Shown piece by piece: positions 9,135-18,592 of a stretch of 64,000 nucleotides of DNA. The notes under the pieces are model-generated. The model was not told the origin of the DNA and did not search any database. It was given only the letters and a program-made list of their open reading frames with translations. Origin of the DNA: Rhodospirillaceae bacterium (lineage in GTDB: Bacteria > Pseudomonadota > Alphaproteobacteria > SHVP01); contig PBKD01000011.1 of NCBI GenBank assembly GCA_002722055.1, positions 791 to 64,790 of the forward strand, read 5' to 3'. The number at the start of each line of letters is the position of its first letter. Position 1 is the first letter of the stretch. A program made the translations under genes and the position numbers.

Positions 9135-10328
9135 ATGACTAATGTAACAATAGCCGGCACAGGAATGGTTCAATTTGGTAAATTTCCAAATAGAACCATG
9201 AAATCTATGGTGAATTCAGTTGTGGTTGAAGCACTTAATGATTCAAATTGCTTACCTGATGATATTGATCAAGTATTTTTTGGAAATGCTGCATCAGGAT
9301 TTTTGACTGGACAAGAATGCATTCAAGGTCAGGTAGCTCTAAGAAATACTGGTCTTCTTGGGAAACCAATTATTAATATCGAGAATGCTTGCGCTTCATC
9401 ATCTACAGCGTTTAACTTAGCAACAATGGCCATAGAATCAGGGCAAAGTGATGCTGTTCTTGTAATTGGCGCAGAAAAAATGACATCAAATGATAAAGAA
9501 GCTCCACTTCGTGCTTTAGAAACTGCAGCTGATATTGAAGAATTAGAACATTTTAAAAAAATAATTAGCTCAGAAGGAGCAGGTTCTGGATCAATTTTTA
9601 TGGATTTATATGCTAGTTTGGCAAGGGATTATATGGAAAAAAAAGGTGTAACAAATGATGACCTTGCTCTTGTTGCGGTAAAACAAAGAAAAGCTGGTGC
9701 ACTAAATAAACTTGCGCAATTTCAAGAAGACATTTCTATTTCTAACGTTTTAACAAGTAGAATGATATCTGATCCATTAAGGTTAATGATGTGTTCATCA
9801 ATTGGTGATGGGGCAGCAGCCCTAGTTTTAATGAGTAAAGATTTTGCTAAATATAAAGATAATGAATATGTAAGTGTTAAAGCATGCTCTTTAAAATCTT
9901 CAAACGACAAGGCTACTGGATTTATTCCTGCACCTACTCGAGCAGCATCAGACGCTTACGAAAAATCTGGAATAGGACCTGAAGACATTGATGTAGCAGA
10001 AATTCATGATGCTGCAGCACCAGCTGAATATATAATTTATGAACAGCTAGATTTTTGCAAAGAAGGACAAGCCGTTCAACTATTAAAATCAGGTTATACT
10101 TCACTGGATGGTAAAATGCCTGTCAACCCTAGTGGAGGATTAATAAGCCGAGGACATCCAATTGGGGCAACAGGTGCCGCGCAACTTGTAGAACTATCAA
10201 ACCAATTAAGGAATAGATCTGGAAAAAGACAAAGGAAAAATGCAAAAATAGGCCTTGCTGAAAATGCTGGCGGTTGGATTAGAAATGATGTAGCGGCAGC
10301 ATGTGTAACTATTTTAGGAAAAGATTAA
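9135..10328 (+). CDS. SCP2/nsLTP-type thiolase-family protein
   Basis: ENACASSS, DGAAA, EIHDA, NPSGGL.SRGHPIGATG, AENAGG. Confidence 0.88.
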   Translation: MTNVTIAGTGMVQFGKFPNRTMKSMVNSVVVEALNDSNCLPDDIDQVFFGNAASGFLTGQECIQGQVALRNTGLLGKPIINIENACASSSTAFNLATMAIESGQSDAVLVIGAEKMTSNDKEAPLRALETAADIEELEHFKKIISSEGAGSGSIFMDLYASLARDYMEKKGVTNDDLALVAVKQRKAGALNKLAQFQEDISISNVLTSRMISDPLRLMMCSSIGDGAAALVLMSKDFAKYKDNEYVSVKACSLKSSNDKATGFIPAPTRAASDAYEKSGIGPEDIDVAEIHDAAAPAEYIIYEQLDFCKEGQAVQLLKSGYTSLDGKMPVNPSGGLISRGHPIGATGAAQLVELSNQLRNRSGKRQRKNAKIGLAENAGGWIRNDVAAACVTILGKD

Positions 10329-10375
10329 ATTATGTTATGTTTGAATATATATTTATTTGTTCTTGGGAGTAATAG

Positions 10376-12445
10376 ATGAAATATAGAATAGCCGTTGATA
10401 CTGGTGGGACGTTTACAGATGTTGTGGTAGCTGACGAAAAAGGGTTTCTTACTGTAGGAAAATCTTTAACAACCTTAGATAGATATTATAATGGCTTTAA
10501 AGCAGCATTAGATAACGCAGCATTATCTCTTAATACTTCAGGAGAGCATTTAATAGATAATTGTGAAGTGCTAATTTATGGAACAACACGATCTACAAAT
10601 GCTATTGTTGAAAATAAGGTTGCAAAAACAGCGCTACTAGTAACAGAAGGCTTTCCAGATATACTCACCTATAGACATGGTGGAAAACAAGGGGTTTTTG
10701 ATCTAGCTGTTGAGTTACCAGACCCTTATATTCCCCGAAGACTTACCTTTGAAGTGCCAGAAAGAATAAATGCTGAAGGTGAAATTGAATTAGAACTAAA
10801 TACAAATAAAACTGAGGAAATAATTAACAATCTAAAAAATATGGACATTGAAGCTGTAGCAGTTTCTTTGCTGTGGTCAATTTCTAACCCAGCGCATGAA
10901 GTTAAAGTAGGTGAACTTTTAAAAAAATTAACCCCAGATATTCCGTTTACTCTAAGTCATAAACTAAACCCTATAATTAGGGAATTCCCAAGAACTTCTT
11001 CCACTGCAATGGATGCTTCACTTAAGCCACTTATGCAACAACACCTTAGAGATCTTGAAGAAGACCTTAGAGGCTCAAATTATAAAGGTGAAATTTTAAT
11101 AAGTGTATGCTCAGGTGGAGTAATGCATGTTCAAGATGTAATTGAAAAACCAATTTACACTGTGAAATCAGGACCAGCCATGGCACCTGTAGCAAGTATT
11201 GCATACTCATCAGCTGATAATCTAGGAGACGATATAATTGTTGTTGATACTGGTGGCACAACCTTTGACGTAAGTTTAATAAGAGAAGGACAAATTAAAT
11301 ATTCACGAGACACATGGTTGCTGGGAGAATGGACAGGGCATCTCCTTGGGTTATCCTCTGTTGATATTAGAAGTGTTGGAGCTGGTGGAGGTTCTATTGC
11401 TTGGATTGACTCTGGAGGTCTCTTAAGAGTCGGTCCTCAAAGCTCAGGAGCAAACCCAGGCCCTGCATGTTATAATCAAGGTGGAACAGAACCTACAGTA
11501 ACAGATGCTGCTGTTATGTTAGGATATATAGACCCAGAACACTTTCTTGGCAGTCGAATGAAACTTAATCAAGAAGCAGCAAAAAAAGCTATTCAAAAAA
11601 TTTCTAAACCTCTCTCCTTATCTATAGAAGAAACAGCAGATGCTATAATTACTCTTGCTGGAGAGAATATGATTAAATCAATCCACGAAATTACAGTCCA
11701 AGATGGTGTGAACCCTGCAGAAAGTATTTTAGTTGCCGGTGGAGGAGCCGCTGGCCTAAACATAGTACCTATTGCCAAATCACTTGGATGTAAAAAAATA
11801 TTAATCCCAAGAACTGCTGGGGCTCTAAGTGCTTGTGGGGGGCAATACTCTAATGTTGTCGCTGAATTTAGTGGAAGCTACTATTCACATACAGAAGACT
11901 TTGACTATGAAGGGGTTGATAAAACATTAAATGATATAAAAAGTCGACTCACAGAATTTAAGAATTACCTACAATCTAAGAATATAAATGAATTTGATGA
12001 AGAGTATTTTTTAAGTTCAAGGTACTTAAACCAACAATGGGATATGGAAATACCTTTACCTGTAAACGAAATTAAAAATGCTCAACAATTACAAATAGTT
12101 TCTAAAGCCTTTCATGATACACATTTCCAAAGATATGCTGTGAAGGAAGAAGATAGCATAATTGAATGTATGGATTGGAAAGGAAGACTTATTGCTATTT
12201 TAGAAAAACCAACAATTCCTAAAATATCTGTTTCAGATAAAAAAATTGAAAAAAACCGAGAGTCTGAATCTTACTTTAGTGAAACCGGTAAAGTTGCTAC
12301 ACCTGTTTATTTAGGAGAAAGGCTTTTACCTGGAATGGTAATTAATGGTCCTGCTATAATCGAGGAACCAACCACAACAGTTGTAATCTACCCTAATAGT
12401 AAAGCAGAAATTACTGAAACAAGAAATTATTTAATTCATGTTTAA
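10376..12445 (+). CDS. Hydantoinase A / oxoprolinase / acetone-carboxylase-beta family ATP-binding subunit
   Basis: DTGGTFTD, SGPA, DTGGTTFDVS, GAGGGSIAW, VGPQSSGA.PGPACY..GG.EPTVTDA, GPAIIEE.TTTVVI.P. Confidence 0.93.
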   Translation: MKYRIAVDTGGTFTDVVVADEKGFLTVGKSLTTLDRYYNGFKAALDNAALSLNTSGEHLIDNCEVLIYGTTRSTNAIVENKVAKTALLVTEGFPDILTYRHGGKQGVFDLAVELPDPYIPRRLTFEVPERINAEGEIELELNTNKTEEIINNLKNMDIEAVAVSLLWSISNPAHEVKVGELLKKLTPDIPFTLSHKLNPIIREFPRTSSTAMDASLKPLMQQHLRDLEEDLRGSNYKGEILISVCSGGVMHVQDVIEKPIYTVKSGPAMAPVASIAYSSADNLGDDIIVVDTGGTTFDVSLIREGQIKYSRDTWLLGEWTGHLLGLSSVDIRSVGAGGGSIAWIDSGGLLRVGPQSSGANPGPACYNQGGTEPTVTDAAVMLGYIDPEHFLGSRMKLNQEAAKKAIQKISKPLSLSIEETADAIITLAGENMIKSIHEITVQDGVNPAESILVAGGGAAGLNIVPIAKSLGCKKILIPRTAGALSACGGQYSNVVAEFSGSYYSHTEDFDYEGVDKTLNDIKSRLTEFKNYLQSKNINEFDEEYFLSSRYLNQQWDMEIPLPVNEIKNAQQLQIVSKAFHDTHFQRYAVKEEDSIIECMDWKGRLIAILEKPTIPKISVSDKKIEKNRESESYFSETGKVATPVYLGERLLPGMVINGPAIIEEPTTTVVIYPNSKAEITETRNYLIHV

Positions 12446-12464
12446 TATTTATTAAGGAAAAAAC

Positions 12465-14264
12465 ATGCTTCAAAATAAAGATACAAACCCTAAAATTAAT
12501 GCAGTTGAATTAGCTATTATGGCAAATAGGATGGATGCAGTTGTAAGAGAAATGACCAACACCATGCTCTTAGCAGCAAAGTCTTCAGTTCTTGGAATTG
12601 CTAGAGATTTTTCTTGTGCAATTATTTCTCATGATGATCAAGTTCTTGCAACAGCTGAGGCTTTACCGATTCATGTTTTGGGAATGGATTCTCAATTCTC
12701 CTATATAAGAAAATATCACCCTGACTTTAAAGAAGGAGATGCTTTTCTTGATAATGACCCATACGCTGGAAGTTCTCATGCTGCAGACCATACAACCTTA
12801 GTACCTGTATTTTATGATGGAGTCCATTGCTTTACAGTAGGTGTAAAAGCACATCAAGCAGACACAGGTAACTCTTTACCAACAACTTATATGGCTACAG
12901 CTACAGATGTTTATAATGAAGGTTCTTTAATTTTTCCTGGTGTTAAGATTCAAGAAAATTATAAAGATAATCAAGATATAGTTAGAATGTGTAAAAAAAG
13001 AATACGCGTACCGGATCAATGGTTTGGTGATTACTTAGCTGCTATTGGTTCAGCTAGAATTGGAGAAAGAAGTTGTAAAGAAATAATAAAAAAATACGGT
13101 GTAGAAAAAATAATTCAATTTCAAAAAGAATGGTTAGATTATTCTGAAAGGCTAACAGCTGACGCAATTAAAAAGATGCCTAAAGGGAAATTAAAAACTA
13201 AGGGGTGGCATGACCCTATGGATCCTATCTTACCTGACAGAATTTATGTTAATTTAGATTTAGATATAGACCCTGATAAAGCAAAAGTTACGGTTGACCT
13301 TAGAGACAATATAGATTGTATAGATGCAGGACTTAATCTAACAGAAGCAACTGCTACAATGGCTGCTGCTCAAGGAGTATTCCATTGTTTAAAAGAAGAT
13401 ATCCCAGCAAATAGTGGTAGTTTAAGAAGAATTGAAGTTCTATTAAGAGAAGGCTGTTTAGTAGGTATTCCTAAATTTCCCCATAGTTGCTCAATGGGAA
13501 CAACAAATTTTACTGATGTCATTATCAACACCACTATGTCATCTTTTGCAGAATTAGGCGAAGGTCTCGGTTTTGCTCATGGCAATTATTGTAATACTGC
13601 AGCTTCTGGAGTAGCTTCTGGCACGGACCCTAGAAGAGGTTCTGAACCTTTTGTGAACCAAATGTTTATGATGGGCGGCGGTGGAGGAGCATCTGCTACA
13701 ACCGATGGTATGCACTATTACTTTGTCCCGGTAGGAGCCGGTCTTTTATACAGGGACTCAGTAGAAATCAATGAACAAAGATTCCCTATAATGATTAAAT
13801 CTATGAAACTTCTCGAGGACTCTATGGGTCACGGAAGGAGAAGAGGTGGCCCTGCAACAGAAGTAATCATGGGTCCTAGAGGAAGTAAAATGAAAATTTT
13901 ACATGCTTGCAATGGATTAGAAACTGCACCTAAAGGTGTAAGAGGAGGAACAGAGTCTAAATTAGGAGAGAATGTTCGGATTGCCCCAGATGGGTCAGAA
14001 CACCCTTACCCTGCTGTAATGAATATAGACTTAGAACCAGGTGATTTACTTAGGTCACGTGACCAAGGTGGCGGTGGGTACGGTGAAGCAACAGAAAGAG
14101 AGATTGAAAGAGTATTAAAAGATGTCAAAAATAAATTTATAAGCAAAGAAATTGCACTCACCGTGTATGGTGTTGTAATCATCGGTAGCGAAAAAAATGA
14201 TTCATTAGATGTTGATATAAAAGCTACTGAGAAAAAGAGATCAGAAATTCGGAAAAAAAATTAA
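12465..14264 (+). CDS. Hydantoinase B / oxoprolinase family catalytic subunit
   Basis: RDFSCAI, DNDPY.GSSHAAD, KAHQADTG, EG..FPG.K, GGGG.GAS...DG, GGGGYG. Confidence 0.93.
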   Translation: MLQNKDTNPKINAVELAIMANRMDAVVREMTNTMLLAAKSSVLGIARDFSCAIISHDDQVLATAEALPIHVLGMDSQFSYIRKYHPDFKEGDAFLDNDPYAGSSHAADHTTLVPVFYDGVHCFTVGVKAHQADTGNSLPTTYMATATDVYNEGSLIFPGVKIQENYKDNQDIVRMCKKRIRVPDQWFGDYLAAIGSARIGERSCKEIIKKYGVEKIIQFQKEWLDYSERLTADAIKKMPKGKLKTKGWHDPMDPILPDRIYVNLDLDIDPDKAKVTVDLRDNIDCIDAGLNLTEATATMAAAQGVFHCLKEDIPANSGSLRRIEVLLREGCLVGIPKFPHSCSMGTTNFTDVIINTTMSSFAELGEGLGFAHGNYCNTAASGVASGTDPRRGSEPFVNQMFMMGGGGGASATTDGMHYYFVPVGAGLLYRDSVEINEQRFPIMIKSMKLLEDSMGHGRRRGGPATEVIMGPRGSKMKILHACNGLETAPKGVRGGTESKLGENVRIAPDGSEHPYPAVMNIDLEPGDLLRSRDQGGGGYGEATEREIERVLKDVKNKFISKEIALTVYGVVIIGSEKNDSLDVDIKATEKKRSEIRKKN

Positions 14265-14821
14265 ATTTTCTTTTTTGCAAATTTTGACCATTGTTTTTCT
14301 ACGACCACTCCTGTTGAGTCTAAAGCATAACATGAATCTATAAAGCCGGGTTTTTTTTCCTCAGTGCTATCTTCAATTGCGATATCATTTTTATACAAAT
14401 AAATTGTAAGATATGCAGTAGTAGCTAATGGAGCTAATAATAATTCTACAATATGAGTGCACCCTTTAACCCCTCCTAATTTTTCTTTTACTGTTTTTTT
14501 CCAACCACCGCCAATTTTACATCCAATTAAGACGTTAAAATTTGAAATAACTTTACTACAAACACCTGGGTAAGGGTGAGAATCTGAAGCTACTTCAATT
14601 TCTTTTACAACATAGTTTTCATCTATAGCTAGCCTTGCTTGCATATGATGCATTGGTTGACCTGGATGTATCTCGATCCATTTATTCTTATATATATTTG
14701 AACGAATATCTTTAACATACCCTTCTATCTCATAAAGATTATCCGGTCGGATGTAACCTTTGACTTCAATGTTTCTTGTATGAAGCAATTGCCGATCATG
14801 AAGAGGTATAGATAGAGGCAT
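14261..14821 (-). CDS. DUF2889-family protein
   Basis: RQLLHTR.I...GY.R.D.LYEIEG, PMHHM.ARL.ID....V, HPYPG.C, GG..GCTH..EL, IDSCYAL. Confidence 0.8.
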   Translation of the reverse strand: MPLSIPLHDRQLLHTRNIEVKGYIRPDNLYEIEGYVKDIRSNIYKNKWIEIHPGQPMHHMQARLAIDENYVVKEIEVASDSHPYPGVCSKVISNFNVLIGCKIGGGWKKTVKEKLGGVKGCTHIVELLLAPLATTAYLTIYLYKNDIAIEDSTEEKKPGFIDSCYALDSTGVVVEKQWSKFAKKKI

Positions 14822-14905
14822 AGCAAAAGTCCTTAAATGATTGTTTTAATTTTCTATAAATAATATAATAAAGTTATCTAAATTTTTTTCAATTAGGAAA
14901 ATTTA

Positions 14906-16276
14906 TTGGAAAATATAAATAATAACATTAATTCTGTTTTAAAATTGCTTGAGGCAAATAACTTAGATAAAGCAAAGTTATTACTAGATATTATAATTGA
15001 ACAACAGCCAGAAAATCCATTAATTCTTTTCCTTTTTAGTCAATTTTATTTAAAGAAAAAAAAATATAAAAAATCAATTCATTTTCTAGAAAGGGTAAAT
15101 ATAGCAGCACCTAATAAACCAAATACAAAAATTGCTCTTGCTAACCTTTATTTGAAGATAAGTAATTACTCAAAATGCTATTCAATTTTGTGCGAAATTG
15201 AGGAACTAGCTAAAAATATTGTAGCATTTTTTCAGTTAAAAGGTAATTACTATAAAGCTATTGGCGACATAGATAATTCGATAATAAATTATGAAAAGGC
15301 CTTAAAGTTGCTTCGGAACTCAAGATTTTGGGGTAACAAATATAGTGGTAAAACAATTATAGACCCTATTCAATATAACACATTTAGGTATGCATCTAAA
15401 TCTAAACTTGAGCATGACCTCAATCAAATTGATTACTTAATTAAAACTGTAAATTTACCGATTCATAAAGAGCAAAAGAACCTTAGGGAAGTCATAAATT
15501 CTTGGTCAAAAAGTGTGGATGATGATAAATTAATTTATCTCGATGAGAAAAACTATAACTTAATTAAAAATTTTTATAATAGAGTGATGTATATATCTCA
15601 GTATACAAAAACTAATCATTCAGCACTTAATGAAAAAACTAACTTCAGTAATTTAGAAACAAAATATTTTGAATCTGATCAGCCTATAGTAGTTATTGAT
15701 AATTTTCTCTGTGAGGAAACATTGCAATTACTATGGAAATACTGCTTAGAGTCAACTATTTGGTTCGACTCTAAGGAGAATGGTGGTTACTTAGGAGCAT
15801 ATATGACTGATGCATTCCATCATCCAGCACTAATTCAAATTGCTAAAGATTTACGTCAAAAGATGCCTAAAATTTTTGATAAAAAAAAATTATGTCAAAT
15901 GTGGGCATTAAAATATAAATCTGGAGGAAAAGGAACAAGGCTTCATGCTGATGATGCATTGGTAAATTTAAACTTTTGGATTACACCTGATGAATCTAAA
16001 CAAAATTTAGATAATAATTCAGGCATAGAAATTTATGATAAGCCCGTTCCAGATGATTGGAGATTTGAAGAATATAATCAATCAGATTTAAAAATTAAAG
16101 AGCACCTTATAAAAACAAAGCCAGAAAAAATTGAAATACCTTATAAACAAAATAGAGCTGTTCTATTTGATTCAAAGTTTATTCATAAGAGTCAAAGTAT
16201 TAATTTTAAAAAAGGGTACACTAACCAAAGAATAAATATTACAATGCTTTTTGATAAACAGATCAGGAATTTCTAA
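14906..16276 (+). CDS. TPR-repeat protein with C-terminal 2OG-Fe(II) oxygenase-like domain
   Basis: N-terminal TPR-like helices; HADDALVNLNFWITPD, YKQNRAVLFDS..IH, RINITMLF give the HxD...H...R pattern. TTG start. Confidence 0.75.
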   Translation: MENINNNINSVLKLLEANNLDKAKLLLDIIIEQQPENPLILFLFSQFYLKKKKYKKSIHFLERVNIAAPNKPNTKIALANLYLKISNYSKCYSILCEIEELAKNIVAFFQLKGNYYKAIGDIDNSIINYEKALKLLRNSRFWGNKYSGKTIIDPIQYNTFRYASKSKLEHDLNQIDYLIKTVNLPIHKEQKNLREVINSWSKSVDDDKLIYLDEKNYNLIKNFYNRVMYISQYTKTNHSALNEKTNFSNLETKYFESDQPIVVIDNFLCEETLQLLWKYCLESTIWFDSKENGGYLGAYMTDAFHHPALIQIAKDLRQKMPKIFDKKKLCQMWALKYKSGGKGTRLHADDALVNLNFWITPDESKQNLDNNSGIEIYDKPVPDDWRFEEYNQSDLKIKEHLIKTKPEKIEIPYKQNRAVLFDSKFIHKSQSINFKKGYTNQRINITMLFDKQIRNF

Positions 16277-17036
16277 AAATATAATTTGGGTCTGTTTTAT
16301 TATCAACTATATAACCTAAACTCTCCAAATCTTTCACAATCTCTAAGTGTTTATCTATGTTCTGATTAATTTCAATTAAAATAGTTTTTACTTTACCCTT
16401 TTTTATAGTCTGCATCCCGCCAGCTATAACCTTATCTTCAAAACCATCAACATCTATTTTTATGTGATCAGGAGAAGGAATGCCTCTTTCAACTAATGAA
16501 TCAATTGTCATAGCCATACATCCTTGAGTAAAAACTGGTTTAAACTCTTCTAATTTTTCACTATAAACATCAACTGTATTCATTGGTTTATCAAAACCAT
16601 GCAAAGCCTGCCCTGCAGTAAAACTTGATAAATTCAATTCACTAATTTTCTCCTCATCAGACATTGCAAAGCACAAAGCAGTTACCTTATCTTTTAAATT
16701 ATTTAGTAAAATATTCTTATTTAGGACTGCATAATTCTGAGATTCAGGCTCGATTGCAATTACATTAATACCTTTTGTTGCTGCTGCCCAAATTGAGTAC
16801 ATTCCAACATTTGCCCCAATATCAAACATAATATCATCTTGTTCAAAATTACTTATCCATTCTAAAGTTTTTGGCTCATTAATATATAGCCTCTCAGCTC
16901 TCCATTTTGTTGGTATAGTTGGAGTACTGAAAATAATTTTTTTTCCATTATTTTCCTCGATATGTACAGGGTGAATCTGAGCATATTGCTCTAGTGTTAA
17001 TTTTAATTTTTGGACATCCGGGCTAATATTACTCAT
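16263..17036 (-). CDS. FkbM-family methyltransferase
   Basis: FDIGANVGMYS, IEPESQN, HIKIDVDGFE.KV..G. Confidence 0.9.
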   Translation of the reverse strand: MSNISPDVQKLKLTLEQYAQIHPVHIEENNGKKIIFSTPTIPTKWRAERLYINEPKTLEWISNFEQDDIMFDIGANVGMYSIWAAATKGINVIAIEPESQNYAVLNKNILLNNLKDKVTALCFAMSDEEKISELNLSSFTAGQALHGFDKPMNTVDVYSEKLEEFKPVFTQGCMAMTIDSLVERGIPSPDHIKIDVDGFEDKVIAGGMQTIKKGKVKTILIEINQNIDKHLEIVKDLESLGYIVDNKTDPNYIFRNS

Positions 17037-17144
17037 AAGAACTCCTATAGAATATCAGATAATTACTAAATAAAAAGTAATGCATGTATCTTAATATAAC
17101 GTTAACTTTATTATATAAAAATATGGAAAATTAGGATAATTATT

Positions 17145-17891
17145 ATGATTAACAATTCTTTAAATATAACTACCAGAAATATTGAGCAAAAAATTGTTAC
17201 AAATGATCCCTTTTCTCATTTTTACATTAACAATGTATTTCCGGAAGAATTATTTGAATCATTACATGATAATTGGCCTGAGATTAATCTATTTGAAAAC
17301 GGAAAACAGTTAGGCATTAACATTGAGGCAGAACGTTTTTATTTTAAACTTAGCAAAGAAAATATTAAAAACCTTTCTGGAGAAAAACGGTTTTTTTGGG
17401 AAAAAATAGAAAAATGGTTAACATGCGATGAGCTTGTTATAATGCTATTAAATAAATATAAAAAAGATATAGACTTTTTAAAAAAAAATAATATAGAAGA
17501 TTACTATCGAAATAATTTAAAAACAAAAGTTACCTTTAATACTTCATTAGTTATGGATGTGGGGGGGTATGAATTAAAACCTCATGCTGATGACCCTCGT
17601 GTAATTCTGAATTTATTATTTTATCTTCCTTATGATGAACTAGGAAAGGAATTAGGAACATCTATATATACTTCCAAAGATAAAGACTTATCAAAAAAAT
17701 ACGAAAACCAAGAGGTAGCACGCTTCCCAAGGGATTGGTTTAACTTAGTCAAAACTTTTCCATATAAACCTAATAGTTTATTTTCATTTGTACGGTCTAA
17801 TGAATCGTTCCATGGTGTTGAGTCCTCAGAGAACAAATCTTATACCAGAAGATTGATGCTGCTTTCATTAATGCTTGAGAATAAATCATAG
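17145..17891 (+). CDS. 2OG-Fe(II) oxygenase-family protein
   Basis: DPF.HFYI.NVFP, PHADD, LLFYLP, GTSIY, F...N.SFHGV, RRL (HxD...H...R). Confidence 0.75.
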   Translation: MINNSLNITTRNIEQKIVTNDPFSHFYINNVFPEELFESLHDNWPEINLFENGKQLGINIEAERFYFKLSKENIKNLSGEKRFFWEKIEKWLTCDELVIMLLNKYKKDIDFLKKNNIEDYYRNNLKTKVTFNTSLVMDVGGYELKPHADDPRVILNLLFYLPYDELGKELGTSIYTSKDKDLSKKYENQEVARFPRDWFNLVKTFPYKPNSLFSFVRSNESFHGVESSENKSYTRRLMLLSLMLENKS

Positions 17892-17918
17892 ATTATTATT
17901 TAAATCATTATAATTATA

Positions 17919-18584
17919 TCAATATATATAATTTTCTTCTTTAGACCGTGTTCTTATAAACTTAGCAGGACTTCCATAATAGATTGAATTACCTCCTACT
18001 CTTTTATTAAGATATGAATTAGAACCAATTATAGAGTCATTATCTATTGAAGTATTATTTTTCACAACTGCTCCAATAGCAATGTAGGATCTATTGCCAA
18101 TAGTTACATTTCCGCCAGTTACAACACGCGGGCCTATAGAGGAAAAATCTAACATATTGTTATCATGTTCCAGACATGAATTAGTATTTAGAATACAAAA
18201 TTTACCAACCTTTGTTTTTGGACCTACAACAACATTTGGCATAATAATACAACCTTCTGCAATGGAAGCTCCAAGTGAAATAACTGCAGTTTTATGTATA
18301 AGTTTAGGAAATTTTATGGATCTATACTTGGAAATTATATCATTAAATACTCTTTCCCTTAGAAAGTTACTTCCAAATGAAAGTGCATAATCATAGTCTT
18401 CAATATTTTTTATTTCTTCCATTTGCTCTAATATTGGTACATTTAAAAAATTTTTCTTTCTTTTATCTTTGTCAATGAAATAACAAACTTCATACCCAGC
18501 TGAACATGCTACGTTATGAACACTTACAGCATTACCTCCTGCCCCTAAAATTATAAGTTTATTATTTTTCTTTTTTACATTCAT
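17919..18584 (-). CDS. NeuD/PglD-type sugar N/O-acetyltransferase (LegH-like role)
   Basis: IILGAGGNA, LIHKTAVIS, hexapeptide repeats, GSPAKFIR. Likely start is the ATG at 18584. Confidence 0.88.
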   Translation of the reverse strand: MNVKKKNNKLIILGAGGNAVSVHNVACSAGYEVCYFIDKDKRKKNFLNVPILEQMEEIKNIEDYDYALSFGSNFLRERVFNDIISKYRSIKFPKLIHKTAVISLGASIAEGCIIMPNVVVGPKTKVGKFCILNTNSCLEHDNNMLDFSSIGPRVVTGGNVTIGNRSYIAIGAVVKNNTSIDNDSIIGSNSYLNKRVGGNSIYYGSPAKFIRTRSKEENYIY

Positions 18585-18592
18585 TGTTATAA

